DNA of 64,000 nt from Eledone cirrhosa (GCA_964016885.1 OZ024743.1:2604001-2668000); one strand, 5' to 3'; counted from the first letter of the stretch, positions 14,020 through 30,821 are shown. Made by a program: numbers and translations. Notes: generated from the sequence alone by a model not told the origin.

Positions 14020-16161
14020 CATCATCATCATCATCATCAACGTTTAACGTCCGTGTTCCACGCTTGCATGGGTTTGGACGGGGGTAGTCCCACTTGAGGC
14101 AAGAGTGATTGTCTTGCTCGCATAGGACTGTCTGGCAGGTTTTCTACAGTTGGATGCCCTTCCTAACACCAACCACATTTACAGTGTTGGTCTGGGAGGT
14201 TTTTACCGTGTTGCCTACACGGCCACATTACAGCGTGGACTGTGTGTTTTTTTGTCGTGACACCTACACGATCTCATTTGTTTCGGCCTATGGCGCGGCA
14301 CCAACATAACTTTACATGGGAGGTGGTGGTGTGGATGGGGTGGGGGTGGTGGTGGTGGTGGGACGGGGTGTATTTTGTTAGAGATGCCTACTGGTTGGAG
14401 TAGGTTTTACTATATATTTAGGTAAGGCGGGTCTTCTCTGTTACTGAGTACCGCCAAAGGTCTCGGTCCAGTGACATTGTCTTGGAGAGGTGTAAGTGTG
14501 TGATGTCGGAGTTTATCAGCTCGTCCCAGGTTTTTCTAGGTCTGCCTATTCCGTGACTACCGTCTATCTTTATTGCCCTGCACTTTGTTATACAGCTATC
14601 GACTTTCATGCGCATCACGTGTCCATACCAACGTAGCCTTCTCTCGAGTAAACAACATCTGATCCCTCTTATCTCTAATTTTTTCCTTAGTTCGTTTATG
14701 CTTTGCCGTTCACGTATATTACTGTTACACATCCAGCGGAGCATGCAAGCTTCGTTCCTCTCTAGTCTGCGTATATCCTCTGCACACAATGCCCAGGTCT
14801 CACTGCCATGCAGCATTGCTGTTCGTATGCAGGCATCGTACAACCTGCCTTTCATTTTTAGGGAGAACCCTTTAGCAGCTAATAGTGGTATAAGCTCTCT
14901 GAACTTTTTCCAACCAGTTCTGACTCTAGCTACAGTACTTTCAGAGCACCCTCCCCCACTGCTGATTTTATCGCCCAGGTAACGGAAGCTGTCTACTATA
15001 TCTATAGAACCCTCTGCGCAATTGAAAGAGCTAGTATTTTGTGGGCACTTGCTGCTACTTATTGCACCAGAGCACTGGCCACATGTAAAATCTATGTTCT
15101 TAGTTAGCTTACCTGTGATCCCACTACATCTTTTATGCACCCATACTTTGCATTTAGGACATAAAATGGAGTTTCTACCTACGCCTTTCCTACACACCGA
15201 GCACGACCATTTCCCAGAAGGGACCGCCGCCTTGTTTTCTTTCCTACAAACTAGAACTTTAGTCTTAGCCATGTTAATTTTAAGTCCTTTTGATTCTAGG
15301 CGGTGCTTCCATGTTTGGAATTTCTTCTCTAGCTCGGCCATTGATTCCGCTATGAGTGTCAGGTCGTCTGCGTATAGGAGTTCCCATGGGCAGCCGGTCT
15401 TGAACTCCTCTGTTATAGCCTGAAGGGCAATAATAAATAGTAGGGGGCTCAGAACAGCGCCCTGATGGACGCCAACTTTTACGCTAAACTCTTCACTATA
15501 TTCGTTGTTAATTCTAACCTTGCTGACTGTTTCTTTATACATGGCTTGTATAGCTCTCACAAGCCATTCGTCAACGCCTAGTTTTCTAAGAGCCCACCAG
15601 ATAATGGAGCGGGGGAATCTGTTGAAGGCTTTCTCCAAGTCGACAAAAGCTAAGTAGAGGGGTTTACCTTTAGCTAGGTACTTCTCCTGTAGTTGTCGTA
15701 CAATGAAAAGAGCGTCTGTGGTACTTTTGCCTGACACAAACCCGAACTGCATTTCATCTAGGTCAATTCTCTCTCTGATTAGTTGCGCTATTACTTTTTC
15801 CGTGACCTTCATGACCTGGTCGATTAATTTAATGCCTCTATAGTTACTCCTATCTAGGGCGTCTCCTTTACCCTTATAACAGTTAACGATGATGCTGCTA
15901 TGCCAGTCCTTCGGAACAACCCCATTCTGTACGACTTGGTTAACTGTGCGGGTGACCATGGTGTGTCCCACCGTGCCAGATGCCTTCTGCATCTCAGCAA
16001 CTATTTCCGAAGGCCCAGCCGCCTTACCCGTCTTCATATCCTTGATTGCCGTACTTATTATACTCCCCTCGACTAACACTGCTGGTCCCTCTATTGGGTC
16101 GATATGGGGGAGACTGTCTTTCTCCCATTTATTCTCCTCATTTAGTAGCCTTTCATAGTGA
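14020..16161 (-). mobile_element. RTE-clade LINE family B, 5'-truncated, 553-aa open RT frame
   Basis: ORF 14418-16079: [35 protein letters not shown]-like finger; (GAT)n tail. Confidence 0.94.
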
Positions 16162-17331
<1,170 letters not shown>

Positions 17332-19686
17332 CATCATCATCATCATCATCATCATCATTTTACGTCCGCTTTTCCCTGCTTGCAAGGGTGGGACGGGTCT
17401 TATTCAGCACAGCATCTCTCCACTCGTCACGGTCCCTCGTCATCTCCACCGTGAGCTTCAATGATCTGAGGTCTGTTCTCACCACCTCCGCCCATGTTTT
17501 TCGTGGTCTACCTCTACCACGTCTTCCTTCAACTGGCATTTCCTGGCACTTCTTCACCCATCGGTCATCCTCCATGCGCATCACATGTCCATACCACCTC
17601 AGTCTCCTCTCCCGTACACTACATTCTATCCCTCTCAGACACAGTTTCTCTCTCAACACATTTATGCTGGGTCGTTCACGCACATTTACACTGCACATCC
17701 AACGGAGCATGCTTGCCTCATTTCTCTCCAGCCGTCGCATATCTTCTGCGGTAGCTGCCCATGTCTCACTACCATGCAGCATCGCGCTCCTCACACAGGC
17801 ATCATACTACCGGCCTTTCGTACGCAGGGAGAAACCCTTCTTCGTCAACAGAGGAAGCAGCTCCCTAAACTTCTTCCAACCCGTCCTTATTCTAGATACT
17901 ATGGCCTCGGAACACCCTCCTCCCATGCTAATCTGATCTCCTAGGTACCGGAAGCTATCCACCACTTCTATAGCGCCCTCTCGCATTTGAAAAATGTGTC
18001 TATCAGTGCGACTTCTACTGTCTAATTTCCCTGTACATCTACTGCATACATATTTCTCCCTACCTGTTAGTTTGCCTGCTATCCCGCTACATCTCTTGTG
18101 TACCCAGGACCTACATTGTGTGCATTTTATAGAATTTATGCCAGTTCCTTTTCTGCATATCGAACATGGCCATTTCCCTGACGGAATCAGGGTTTTGTCC
18201 TCTTTTCTACTCATCAACACTTTTGTCTTAGCTAGATTTACTCTCAGTCCTCTTGCTTCCAACTGCTGTTTCCATAGCCGGAATTTATTCTCTAGCTCCT
18301 CTACTGATTCTGCCATAAGAGCCAGATCGTCAGCATAGAGAAGTTCCCATGGACAGCCAGTCTTAAACTCCTCTGTTATGGCTTGGAGGACTATAATGAA
18401 CAAGAGCGGGCTGAGGACCGAACCCTGATGTACTCCTACTTGTATCTGGAATTCCTCACTAAACTCCATTCCTACCCTGACTTTACTGAGAGTACCTCTG
18501 TACAAAGTTTGCACTGTCCTTACAAGCCATTCCTCAACACCCAGCTTCCTTAGGGACCACCAGATGACAGATCGGGGTACCCTATCAAAGGCCTTCTCTA
18601 GGTCAACAAAGGCTAAGTATAGTGGCTTATTCTTCTCTAAGAACCTCTCTTGCATTTGTCTCACCAAGAAGAGGGCATCTGTTGTACTCTTCCCAGGCAC
18701 AAAACCAAACTGCATCTCATCTAGTTTGACCCTTTCTCTAATTAGTTGTGCTAGAATCCTTTCTGCCACTTTCATAACCTGATCTATCAGTTTTATACCC
18801 CTATAATTGCTCCTCTCCAAAGCATCCCCTTTACCTTTGTAGCAATTTATGAGAATACTGCTGCACCAGTCTTTGGGTATGACACCACCATATATAGCCT
18901 GATTGATTATGCGTGCAACCAGTTTAGTGCCTACGTCCCCTGATGCCTTCAGCATCTCAGCAACTATTCCCGATGGTCCGGCCGCCTTACCATTTTTCAT
19001 TTCCCTAATCGCCTCTTGGACCCTATATTCGTCAATCTCAATAGCTGGTCCCTCTGTCGGATCTACCAAGGGTAATTTCTCTCTCTCCCATTCGTTCTCC
19101 ACATTCATCAGTCTCTCATAATGACATTTCCAGGCCTCCTTTTTCTGGTCATTCGTGACACTAAGTACACCGGCATCATCCCGGACACATTTATCACCAA
19201 CAACATCCTGATTTGCATTGACACACTGCCTTGCAATGTGGAACACCGCACGCCTCTGATCTTCCCGTCGCAGAACATTGGCAAACCTCCTACTCTCTGC
19301 CTCCCTGCGTGCTAAGTACACCTGACGTCTAGCTTCTCTCTTAGTGGCTGTATATTCTTCCCTACTCCCACCCTTATTCCAAGCCTTCCATGCTAGTCTT
19401 TTGTCTCTAATAGCCTTATCTACACTGCTGTTCCACCACCAGGTCACTCTCTGTCTGGTTGGAGCTCTGCTCCAGCCACAGGTTTCATCAGTAGCCTTCA
19501 GCAAGTTGTCACGTAAGAACTTCCAGTTATTATCTATGTCATACGTCTCTAAATCGTCTTCTTTTTCGTCATATACATCTTGAAGGGCTTTCCTAAATTT
19601 GAATTTTAGTGAAAGGTCTTTTAGCTTCCAGACCTTTCTTCTCCACACCTTCCTATATGTCTCATTCCATCTCTTGCTTACTGAGA
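17332..19686 (-). mobile_element. RTE-clade LINE family C, 5'-truncated; ORF stop abuts the tail (no 3' UTR)
   Basis: ORFs 17807-19648 (613 aa, RT) and 17360-17794; ends [13 protein letters not shown]-stop then (ATG)n. Confidence 0.93.
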
Positions 19687-19864
19687 TATATACTTATATA
19701 TATACATATATATACATATACTTATATATATACTTATATATATACATATATATATATATGTATATATATGTATATATATGTATATATATATATATATATA
19801 CATGTATATATATATATACTTATATATATACATATATATATATGTATATATGTATATATATGTA

Positions 19865-19923
<59 letters not shown>

Positions 19924-19993
19924 ATATATATATACATATATACATACATATATATATATATACTTATATATATACATATATATATATATATAT
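19687..19993. repeat. (TA)n array
   Basis: Directly visible. Confidence 0.95.
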
Positions 19994-22900
19994 AACCTAC
20001 ATAAAAATAACCACTACCACAGTCACCAACAGTCTTCTAAACAGGAAACTTCTTACTCTTTTTTAGCCATAATGAATCTGGCATAAGAACTGGAAAAAAA
20101 CATTCAAGCTATCACCCAGCACCACCCTCCACTATCACCCCACTGCACAAACTCCCATTGCTGCCATTAACAAACAAACAAATTAACAACACACCAAAAC
20201 AATTAAAACCATCCACTCTCGCCTCTACATTTTTGCTTAACGCCCAAGGCATCAGCCCTTCCACCAATACTCAAAAATGGAAGATCAAATTCCTGGAGGA
20301 CTGGATTGATGTCCATCCAAACCACATCCCTTTCTTCGTCCTCACTGAAACCCATCTCAGTAACCTCCACTTGGAAGCCGAGGTGAAAGTGAAAAATTTC
20401 AAAGCCATCCGTGCTGATCGCGCTGGCAGAAGAAAGGGCGGAACTGCCATTTATGTCCATAATTCTTTCTCAACAGAGGCTATGAACATATTCACTAATG
20501 GATACTGTGAGGCAGTCACTGTATTCAGTCAAACCAACAACCTATTAGTAGTTGGGCTCTATAGGCCACCCCAAACGCCTGTACCATGCTTCAAGGAATG
20601 CCTCAACAGCATAGTGTTTCATCCAAGAGTGTCACCCTGACAACATCTTAATGATGGGGGACTTCAACCTCCCCGGAGTTGACTGGTCCACAAACAGCCT
20701 GCCACCAGGTTCTTCTACCTCAACCTCTGACAGGGAAGCTGTGGAATCGCTTCTTGACTTCATGGATGATTTCTTCCTATCCCAACTGGTGCTCGAACCA
20801 ACGAGGTGCCACAAAAACGTCCTAGACTTAATTTTCAGCAATAACACTGACAATATCCACAATATTGCAGTGGAGAAAACTCTACTCTCTGATCATGACA
20901 TGGTTCTCTGTGATCTGAGATTCCACCGTCCAATATACAAACCCAATGTCATCTCTCCTGTCCATCCGTTTGACGCTATGGATTTCCACAATGCAAACTG
21001 GGAAGCGATCAGTCATGATCTTGCACATGTCGACTGGTCCTTCACGCACACTCATACACCCACTAACATCAAAAAGTCCTGGCAGACATTTGTGGACACT
21101 GTTACAAACATATGTGCTAAACACACCCCATTAAGAACTATAAACAAATCTAAGAGCAGAATCCCTAGAAATAGAAAAACGCTCATCAGAAAAATTAAGA
21201 GAACGAACAAAAAAATCAACAAGCTGAAATACTGTCAGCAGCAACACATCAACTTGACTGCCATTTCATCACTAGAGATTAAAAAACATAACCTCCAAAA
21301 CAACATAATGTCCCTCATCAACAATCAGAGAAGAGCTGAAGAGGCCTGGGCCATTGAGAAGATCAAACTCAATCCCAAAGTGTTCTTTTCATTTGCAAAA
21401 AAACACAAAATCACTGGCTCTACTGTTGGCCCTCTAATTGATGAAAATGGCACTCTTCAAGACAATGCTAAAACCATGGGTGAGATACTGCAGAAACAAT
21501 ACTGCTCTGTTTTCAGCAATCCTGATATGGCCGATCTGGGCTGTATCGGCGATGTTACTCCCCATTACACCTTATCGGATATAACGTTTGGCGGCAATAA
21601 AGGAAATCAAGCATAATTCAGCAGTAGGTCCCGATAGGTTCCCTGCTTGTGTCTTGAAGGCGTGTCAACACCAACTTGCATCTCCTCTTGCCAATCTGTG
21701 GCGGAACTCACTGGATGCTGGATATGTGCCAGAAAACCTTCTATCCCAGTCTGTTGTCCCAGTTTTCAAAAAGGGAAACAAATCCCTTGCCGTGAATTAC
21801 CGTCCAATCTCACTCACCTCTCATATCATTAAGGTATTTGAGAGAGTGGTGAGATCGCGAATGACCCACTTCCTTGAGAGTAACACTATGCTGAACTCCA
21901 ACCAGCATGGATTCCGTAATGGAAGGGATTGCCTGACGCAGCTACTGCATCACTTTGATGACATTTTGAGAGCCTTGGGAGAGGGTTCCAACACTGATGT
22001 TATCTACCTTGATTTCAGCAAGGCCTTTGACAGGGTTGATCATAACATTCTACTGAGAAAGCTGTCCAATATTGGTGTCAGTGGAAAGCTGCGGCAGTGG
22101 ATCAAGAGCTTCCTGTCAAACAGAACCCAATATGTTGTAGTTGAGGGAGTCAAATCAAGCCCAGCCAAAGTCAGTAGTGGGGTCCCACAAGGCACTGTGT
22201 TGGGCCCACTTCTCTTCATCATCTGTATTAATGACATCACTGACATCATCAAACACAGCAACATTAAAATTTTCGCTGATGATTCCAAGCTCCAAAAGGT
22301 CATCAATGGCGTGGATGACCGGATAAGCCTTCAGTCAGACCTACTGGCTGTTACCCAATGGGCGGAAAAGAACAACATGTTACTGAACGAAGACAAATTC
22401 GAACTGATCCACTTTGGAAAAGAGGATGCTCTGAAACTCCCGTACTCCCTTCCTTCCGGGGAAACTCTCGTGGCATCTAACAACATCAGAGACTTGGGAG
22501 TAACCGTGGACAGCAACATAAGCTGGACCACGCATATAAGCAGCAAAGTTGACATGGCCCACAGAATGTGTTCCTGGATCCTCAGAACCTTCGAGTCGAG
22601 AGATTCCCGCACCATTATCCTTCTCTTCTCTACTTTTGCCCGACCACACCTTGAATACTGTTGTCCACTGTGGTCTCCCCACACGAAACAAAGTATCATG
22701 AAACTTGAAGCTCCTCAAAGGGCAATCACGAAAAAGATAGATGGCATGTCAGACCTTGACTACTGGGGTCGATTAGAAAACCTGAAACTTTACTCACTCC
22801 AACGTCGTCGTGAGCGTTATATTATCTGCATGATGTGGAAAATGTTCCATCATCACTGCCCAAATGATGTTGGCATCGCCTTCAAGATACACCCAAGGCT

Positions 22901-23248
22901 TGGGCCCCGTGCTATCCGTCCCATTCAAAAATCTAAATCGCAACTCATAACAACAATACGGCACAATTATTTCACCTCAATCGGCCCTGCTCTCTTCAAC
23001 ATCACACCAGGACACGTCAAAACAAAAACTGACCACACAAAATTCAAGAAGTCTTTGGACAAATTCCTCCAAGTAATCCCGGACAAACCACCCACACCCG
23101 GATATGTCTCCACAAACAGTAGTTCTCTTCTCGAATGGGCCATGGTGCCCAAATCCTTAATTGAAAGACTTCGCCAGGTGGTACTATTAAGTTAGACATG
23201 GCCTGGGCCAATACTGGCCAAAACATTTCAAAGTTATTCAAAGTTATT
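19994..23248 (+). mobile_element. CR1-group LINE family 2 (end of ORF1 plus complete but frameshifted ORF2)
   Basis: ORFs 20158-20640, 20651-21616, 21588-23195: [48 protein letters not shown]; tail (TTCAAAGTTA)2. Confidence 0.92.
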
Positions 23249-23478
23249 TATATATATACATATATACATATATATATATACATATATACACATATATATA
23301 TACATATATATATACTGATTTACTCGTTTTCTTTACAGTCCTTTAAAATTTATAATGGTATTATAATGAAATAGTATGATAGAATATTAAATTCTAAGTG
23401 TTAATTGAACAAGTACTTTCATGCTTTCGCAATCTTTAGGTTCATAAAATGTGGTGACAGTCAAGTTTGCAATTTTCA

Positions 23479-25430
<1,952 letters not shown>

Positions 25431-25901
25431 CATCATCATCATCATCATCATCATCACCGTTTTACGTCCGTTCTTCCACGCTAGCATGGGTTAGACGGGT
25501 TGTCCTGTTGTGGGCAGTGTCTGGTCGGCTGACCATGCCTTGCTCATACAGGAACTGATCTGGCTTGATTTCTACAGCTGGATGCCCTTCCTAACACCAA
25601 CCTCATTTACAGTGAGTGCTGGGTGCTTTTTTGCCGTGGCACCTCCACGGCCACCTTGCGGGGGGGGGGGGGGGCATATTGTTTATATGCTTCAGCATGT
25701 ACCCATGGGAGGTCGGGTACCCTGTATTACTGCGTGACGCCAGAAGTCACGGTCGTGTGTCATTGACTTTGAGAGGTGTAGTTGGGTAAGGTCGGCTTTT
25801 ATCACCTCATCCCAAGTCATCTTGGGTCTCCCCACTCCGCGGTTTCCATCAACTTCTAGTGCTCTGCACCTTTTTATGCAGCTGTCATCCTTCATACGCA
25901 T
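25431..25901 (-). mobile_element. RTE family A 3' fragment
   Basis: Tail, 3' UTR with one of the two internal repeat units missing, and ORF end. Confidence 0.9.
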
Positions 25902-26985
25902 ACATCCTTCATATATACATACATATATATATATACATACATACATGTATATATATATATAAATATATATATATACATACATATATATATAAAAACATAC
26001 ATATACATATATGTACATACATATACTTATATATATATACATATACTTATATATATACACTCTGGAGAGAAATGAGGCAAGCATGCTCCGTTGGATGTGC
26101 AGTGTAAATGTGCGTGAACGACCCAGCATAAATGTGTTGAGAGAGAAACTGTGTCTGAGAGGGATAGAATGTAGTGTACGGGAGAGGAGACTGAGGTGGT
26201 ATGGACATGTGATGCGCATGGAGGATGACCGATGGGTGAAGAAGTGCCAGGAAATGCCAGTTGAGGGAAGACGTGGTAGAGGTAGACCACGAAAAACATG
26301 GGCGGAGGTGGTGAGAACAGACCTCAGATCATATTGTTTATATGCTTCAGCATGTACCCATGGGAGGTCGGGTACCCTGTATTACTGCGTGACGCCAGAA
26401 GTCACGGTCGTGTGTCATTGACTTTGAGAGGTGTAGTTGGGTAAGGTCGGCTTTTATCACCTCATCCCAAGTCATCTTGGGTCTCCCCACTCCGCGGTTT
26501 CCATCAACTTCTAGTGCTCTGCACCTTTTTATGCAGCTGTCATCCTTCATACGCATACATCCTTCATATATACATACATATATATATATACATACATACA
26601 TGTATATATATATATAAATATATATATATACATACATATATATATAAAAACATACATATACATATATGTACATACATATACTTATATATATATACATATA
26701 CTTATATATATACACTCTGGAGAGAAATGAGGCAAGCATGCTCCGTTGGATGTGCAGTGTAAATGTGCGTGAACGACCCAGCATAAATGTGTTGAGAGAG
26801 AAACTGTGTCTGAGAGGGATAGAATGTAGTGTACGGGAGAGGAGACTGAGGTGGTATGGACATGTGATGCGCATGGAGGATGACCGATGGGTGAAGAAGT
26901 GCCAGGAAATGCCAGTTGAGGGAAGACGTGGTAGAGGTAGACCACGAAAAACATGGGCGGAGGTGGTGAGAACAGACCTCAGATC
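25676..26985. repeat. 655-bp tandem duplication (RTE-A piece + TA tract + RTE-C piece)
   Basis: Identical ORFs offset by 655 bp (25859/26514, 26011/26666, 26027/26682); junction CAGATCATATTG. Confidence 0.92.
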
Positions 26986-27109
26986 ATTGAAGCTCACAGT
27001 GGAGATGACGAGGGACCGTGACGAGTGGAGATATGCTGTGCTGAATAAGACCCGTCCCACCCTTGCAAGCAGGGAAAAGCGGACGTAAAATGATGATGAT
27101 GATGATGAT
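26714..27109 (+). mobile_element. RTE family C 3' fragment (partial duplicate at 26059-26331)
   Basis: [13 protein letters not shown]...REKRT-stop + (GAT)n; near-identical to 17332-17730 in the opposite orientation. Confidence 0.9.
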
Positions 27110-27119
27110 ATATACATAT

Positions 27120-27163
27120 CTCTTTTTTTTTTTTTTACCTGTTTCAGCCATCCGGCTGAGGCC
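27120..27163 (-). mobile_element. Extreme 3' tip of CR1-group family 1
   Basis: GGCCTCAGCCGGATGGCTGAAACAGGTAAAA identical to the LINE 3' ends near 1345-1378 and 53017-53046. Confidence 0.8.
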
Positions 27164-27166
27164 ATA

Positions 27167-27202
<36 letters not shown>

Positions 27203-27212
27203 CATACATATA

Positions 27213-27550
27213 TAATATAATGAAATGACAGGAGGCTGGATTTGTGTAAATCCTTGAAAGGTTTATTATACTATGATCATTTCAATGACCGTATGAATCC
27301 GGTGATATCATCGGATTCTTATGGAACCCGGTCATTGAAATGATCATAGTATAATAAACCTTTCAAGGATTTACACAAGTCCAGCCTCCTGTCATTTCAT
27401 TATATTATTTAACTCCGTAATAGCACCACCAACTACAAAAACAAAGATGGTTGAACTGCTTTACGTTGAGTACTCTCTATATTATTACATTGACATTGAC
27501 CATACAGAATTGACCAGCTCTATCCTGTGGTGAACCTCAAATCTGAATAA
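27213..27550 (+). mobile_element. Penelope-like terminal-repeat remnant with near-perfect fold-back palindrome 27213-27407
   Basis: ~79-bp arms with one mismatch; right arm holds a hammerhead 3' half GAAA-TGATCA-TA-GTAT followed by AATAAA. Confidence 0.6.
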
Positions 27551-27603
<53 letters not shown>

Positions 27604-27622
27604 CATATATATATGTATATAT

Positions 27623-27682
<60 letters not shown>

Positions 27683-27697
27683 TATATATATATCTAT

Positions 27698-27735
<38 letters not shown>

Positions 27736-27755
27736 CATTATATATATACATATAT

Positions 27756-28096
27756 CATCATCATCATTTCATTTTACGTCCGCTTTTTCCCTGCTTGCAA
27801 GGGTGGGACGGGAACTGATGCTGGCTTGATTTCTACAGCTGGATGCCCTTCCTAACACCAACCTCATTTACAGTGAGTGCTGGGTGCTTTTTTGCCGTGG
27901 CACCTTCACGACCACTTTGCAGTGGAATGATAGGGACTCCAGTCCCTATCATCTCATTTCTACAGCTGAGTAAACTGGAGCAATGTGAAATAAAGTGTCT
28001 TGCTCAAGGAAACAACACATCACCCGGTCTGAGAATTGAACTCACAACCTTTTGATTGCAAGGCCAATGCTCTAACCACTAAGCCATGCACCTTCA
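27756..28096 (-). mobile_element. tRNA-derived SINE (copy 2)
   Basis: A and B boxes, same body and tail as 8991-9321. Confidence 0.9.
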
Positions 28097-28307
28097 CTAT
28101 ATATATAAATGAAAGGTATAGAAAACATTGGCGCGAAAAGCCAACAGTATTCCATAATATATAAGTGACTATAGCGTCAAAATGGGAAAAATAGTTAACG
28201 TAAGATGTGGGAAAAATAATTCAAACTCATCTCAAAGAGAATCAGGAAATAGATTCATCCACAGAATTTAGTGAAATCCAGGGAAAAATCAATAGAGCCT
28301 TAACTCA

Positions 28308-29173
28308 TCTATATATATATATAAAACTGTGGTTGTCTGTCTGTCTATCGATTTTTGGCACACATCTCCTCTTAGAATCTCTCACGGAATTGCACCGAAA
28401 TTGCTATACTTGTACATTGAGCCCTAGCGAAGACATCGGAAAAAAAAATATTTCAAATTCACCCACCCTATGTGACGAAATCGAATATAATGTATCGATT
28501 TTTGAGCGTAAGTTATCAGTTATTTCCCTTTGTTCTGTTTACATTGAGCGTCTTACGTAAAAAATTACGCTGGCTTTAACAGTTGTCGAGCCAGCAAAAT
28601 ATTGACCTGCAAAATTCATCAGTTCGAACACTAAGCTTCCGTTTTGCTTCATTTCCATTTAAAAGCATTTTAAAACAATATTTTTACTTGAAAACAAGTC
28701 TATTTAAAGACTACGTAAAACAAGCAAATATTTCGTCGTTGGGCGTGCAGACAGGCAGTCGTGCAGAGAGGTGATATAGGCGTGCAGACAGACAGTCGTG
28801 CAGAGAGGTGATATAGGCGTGCAGACAGACAGTCGTGCAGAGAGGTGATATAGGCGTGCAGACAGACATAACTGATAATTTGGTTACGCTAATGTTTTTC
28901 TCTGCGTTGCAGTGTTTACATTTTCGATCTTTGTTAATAAATAACCAGTGCAGTTTCTATCCCCAGCATCCTCTTTTGTTATAACATTCGGGTTATCGTT
29001 ATGTTTTCTTAACTTCATAAGGCATATTGTTGGTTGAGGGAATATTAATCAAAAACACCACATGCAAGTCTGCACAGTAGACACTACAGTTTTTAAGCCA
29101 AGAAAGAAACTTAACATTGTAACTTTAACACAGCTACTGAGCGACCCCGAGCAACGCCGGGCTTTACTGCTAG
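28308..29173 (+). mobile_element. Non-autonomous Helitron
   Basis: A|TCTATATATATATAAAA 5' end; subterminal hairpin CCCGAGCAACGCCGGG and CTAG|T 3' end; sits in an AT dinucleotide with no TSD. Confidence 0.8.
28742..28868 (+). repeat. 37-bp minisatellite, ~3.4 copies, inside the Helitron
   Basis: Unit GGCGTGCAGACAGACAGTCGTGCAGAGAGGTGATATA. Confidence 0.93.
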
Positions 29174-29211
29174 TGATAAAATAAAGTTTAAAATACTCAT
29201 CCTTCAATTTG

Positions 29212-29311
29212 ATATATATATATATACATATATATACATACATATATATATATATACATACATATATATAAATACATACATACATATATATATATACATA
29301 TATATACATAA

Positions 29312-29343
<32 letters not shown>

Positions 29344-29410
29344 GTATATACATATATATATATATGTATGTATATATATATATGTATATATATATATGTA
29401 TATGTACATA

Positions 29411-29459
<49 letters not shown>

Positions 29460-29460
29460 G

Positions 29461-29498
<38 letters not shown>

Positions 29499-29580
29499 TG
29501 TGTATATGTATATATATATGTGTATATGTATATATATATATGTGTATATGTATATATATATATGTGTATATGTATATATA

Positions 29581-29611
<31 letters not shown>

Positions 29612-29626
29612 GTCTGTATATATATA

Positions 29627-29657
<31 letters not shown>

Positions 29658-29698
29658 GTCTGTATATATATATATGTCTGTATATATATATATGTCTG

Positions 29699-29747
<49 letters not shown>

Positions 29748-30066
29748 GTGTGTATATATATATATATGTGTGTGTATATATATATATGTGTGTATATATA
29801 TATATATATATGTGTATATATATATATATATATGTGTGTGTATATATATATATATATATGTGTGTATATATATATATATGTGTATATATATATGTGTATA
29901 TATATATATGTGTATATATATGTATATATATATATGTGTATATATATGTATATATATATATGTATATATGTATATTATATATATATATGTATATATATAT
30001 GTATATATGTATATTATATATGTATATGTATATATATATATGTATATATGTATATATATATATATA
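29212..30066. repeat. (TA)n array, TACA then TATG/TGTG polarity
   Basis: Directly visible. Confidence 0.95.
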
Positions 30067-30362
30067 GGAGGTGAATTTTATTGTAGTACAATAAAGCAAT
30101 GCAGATATCGGATAAGAAGCACTCTACAGTTTGTAGGACTGGGGTATACATAATATATAAGATATGTTGATTTAAAACTACTATCCACAAGTGTTTTTTA
30201 ACCTTCATATCATGTCCTCCCATTTTATCTGATTAAAACACAAATTTTATTGCATGATGATATTTGTTTTTGAAATGCGCATAATAAAATACATGGAACT
30301 CATTTAACCATCTTTTGATCTTATATATTATATATATATATGTATATATATATATATAAGTG

Positions 30363-30431
<69 letters not shown>

Positions 30432-30505
30432 GCATATATATATATATATGTATATAAAATAAAGTTAAATAAAAGTCAAATGATTAAAATTTAGCTTCGT
30501 TTATT

Positions 30506-30560
30506 ACTGCTATATATATTTCAGTGACAGCCATCTTTGGCTGTGACCTCTTCAGGCAGT
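30506..30560 (-). ncRNA. Type I hammerhead ribozyme motif (mirror copy)
   Basis: Exact reverse complement of 30767-30821. Confidence 0.8.
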
Positions 30561-30766
30561 TTGAATTAGTATGGTATAGACAAGTACATATGTTGTTTAG
30601 GTGTATAATATTGTCAATACTCTGATATGCCCAGTTCCTTGTTGGGTTGTTAATTCACTGGGGAACTGGAGTCATATGACGCCAGTTCCCCAGTGAATTA
30701 ACAACCCAACAAGGAACTGGGCATACCTAAACAACATATGTACTTGTCTATACCATACTAATTCAA

Positions 30767-30821
30767 ACTGCCTGAAGAGGTCACAGCCAAAGATGGCTGT
30801 CACTGAAATATATATAGCAGT
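30767..30821 (+). ncRNA. Type I hammerhead ribozyme motif with palindromic stem III
   Basis: ACTGC-CTGAAGA-GGTCACAGCCA(AAGA)TGGCTGTCACT-GAAA-TATATA-TA^GCAGT, then AATAAA. Confidence 0.82.

Noticed and set aside
28742-28868. CRISPR-like 37-bp repeats
   Set aside because: Head-to-tail with no spacers, eukaryotic context, no cas genes
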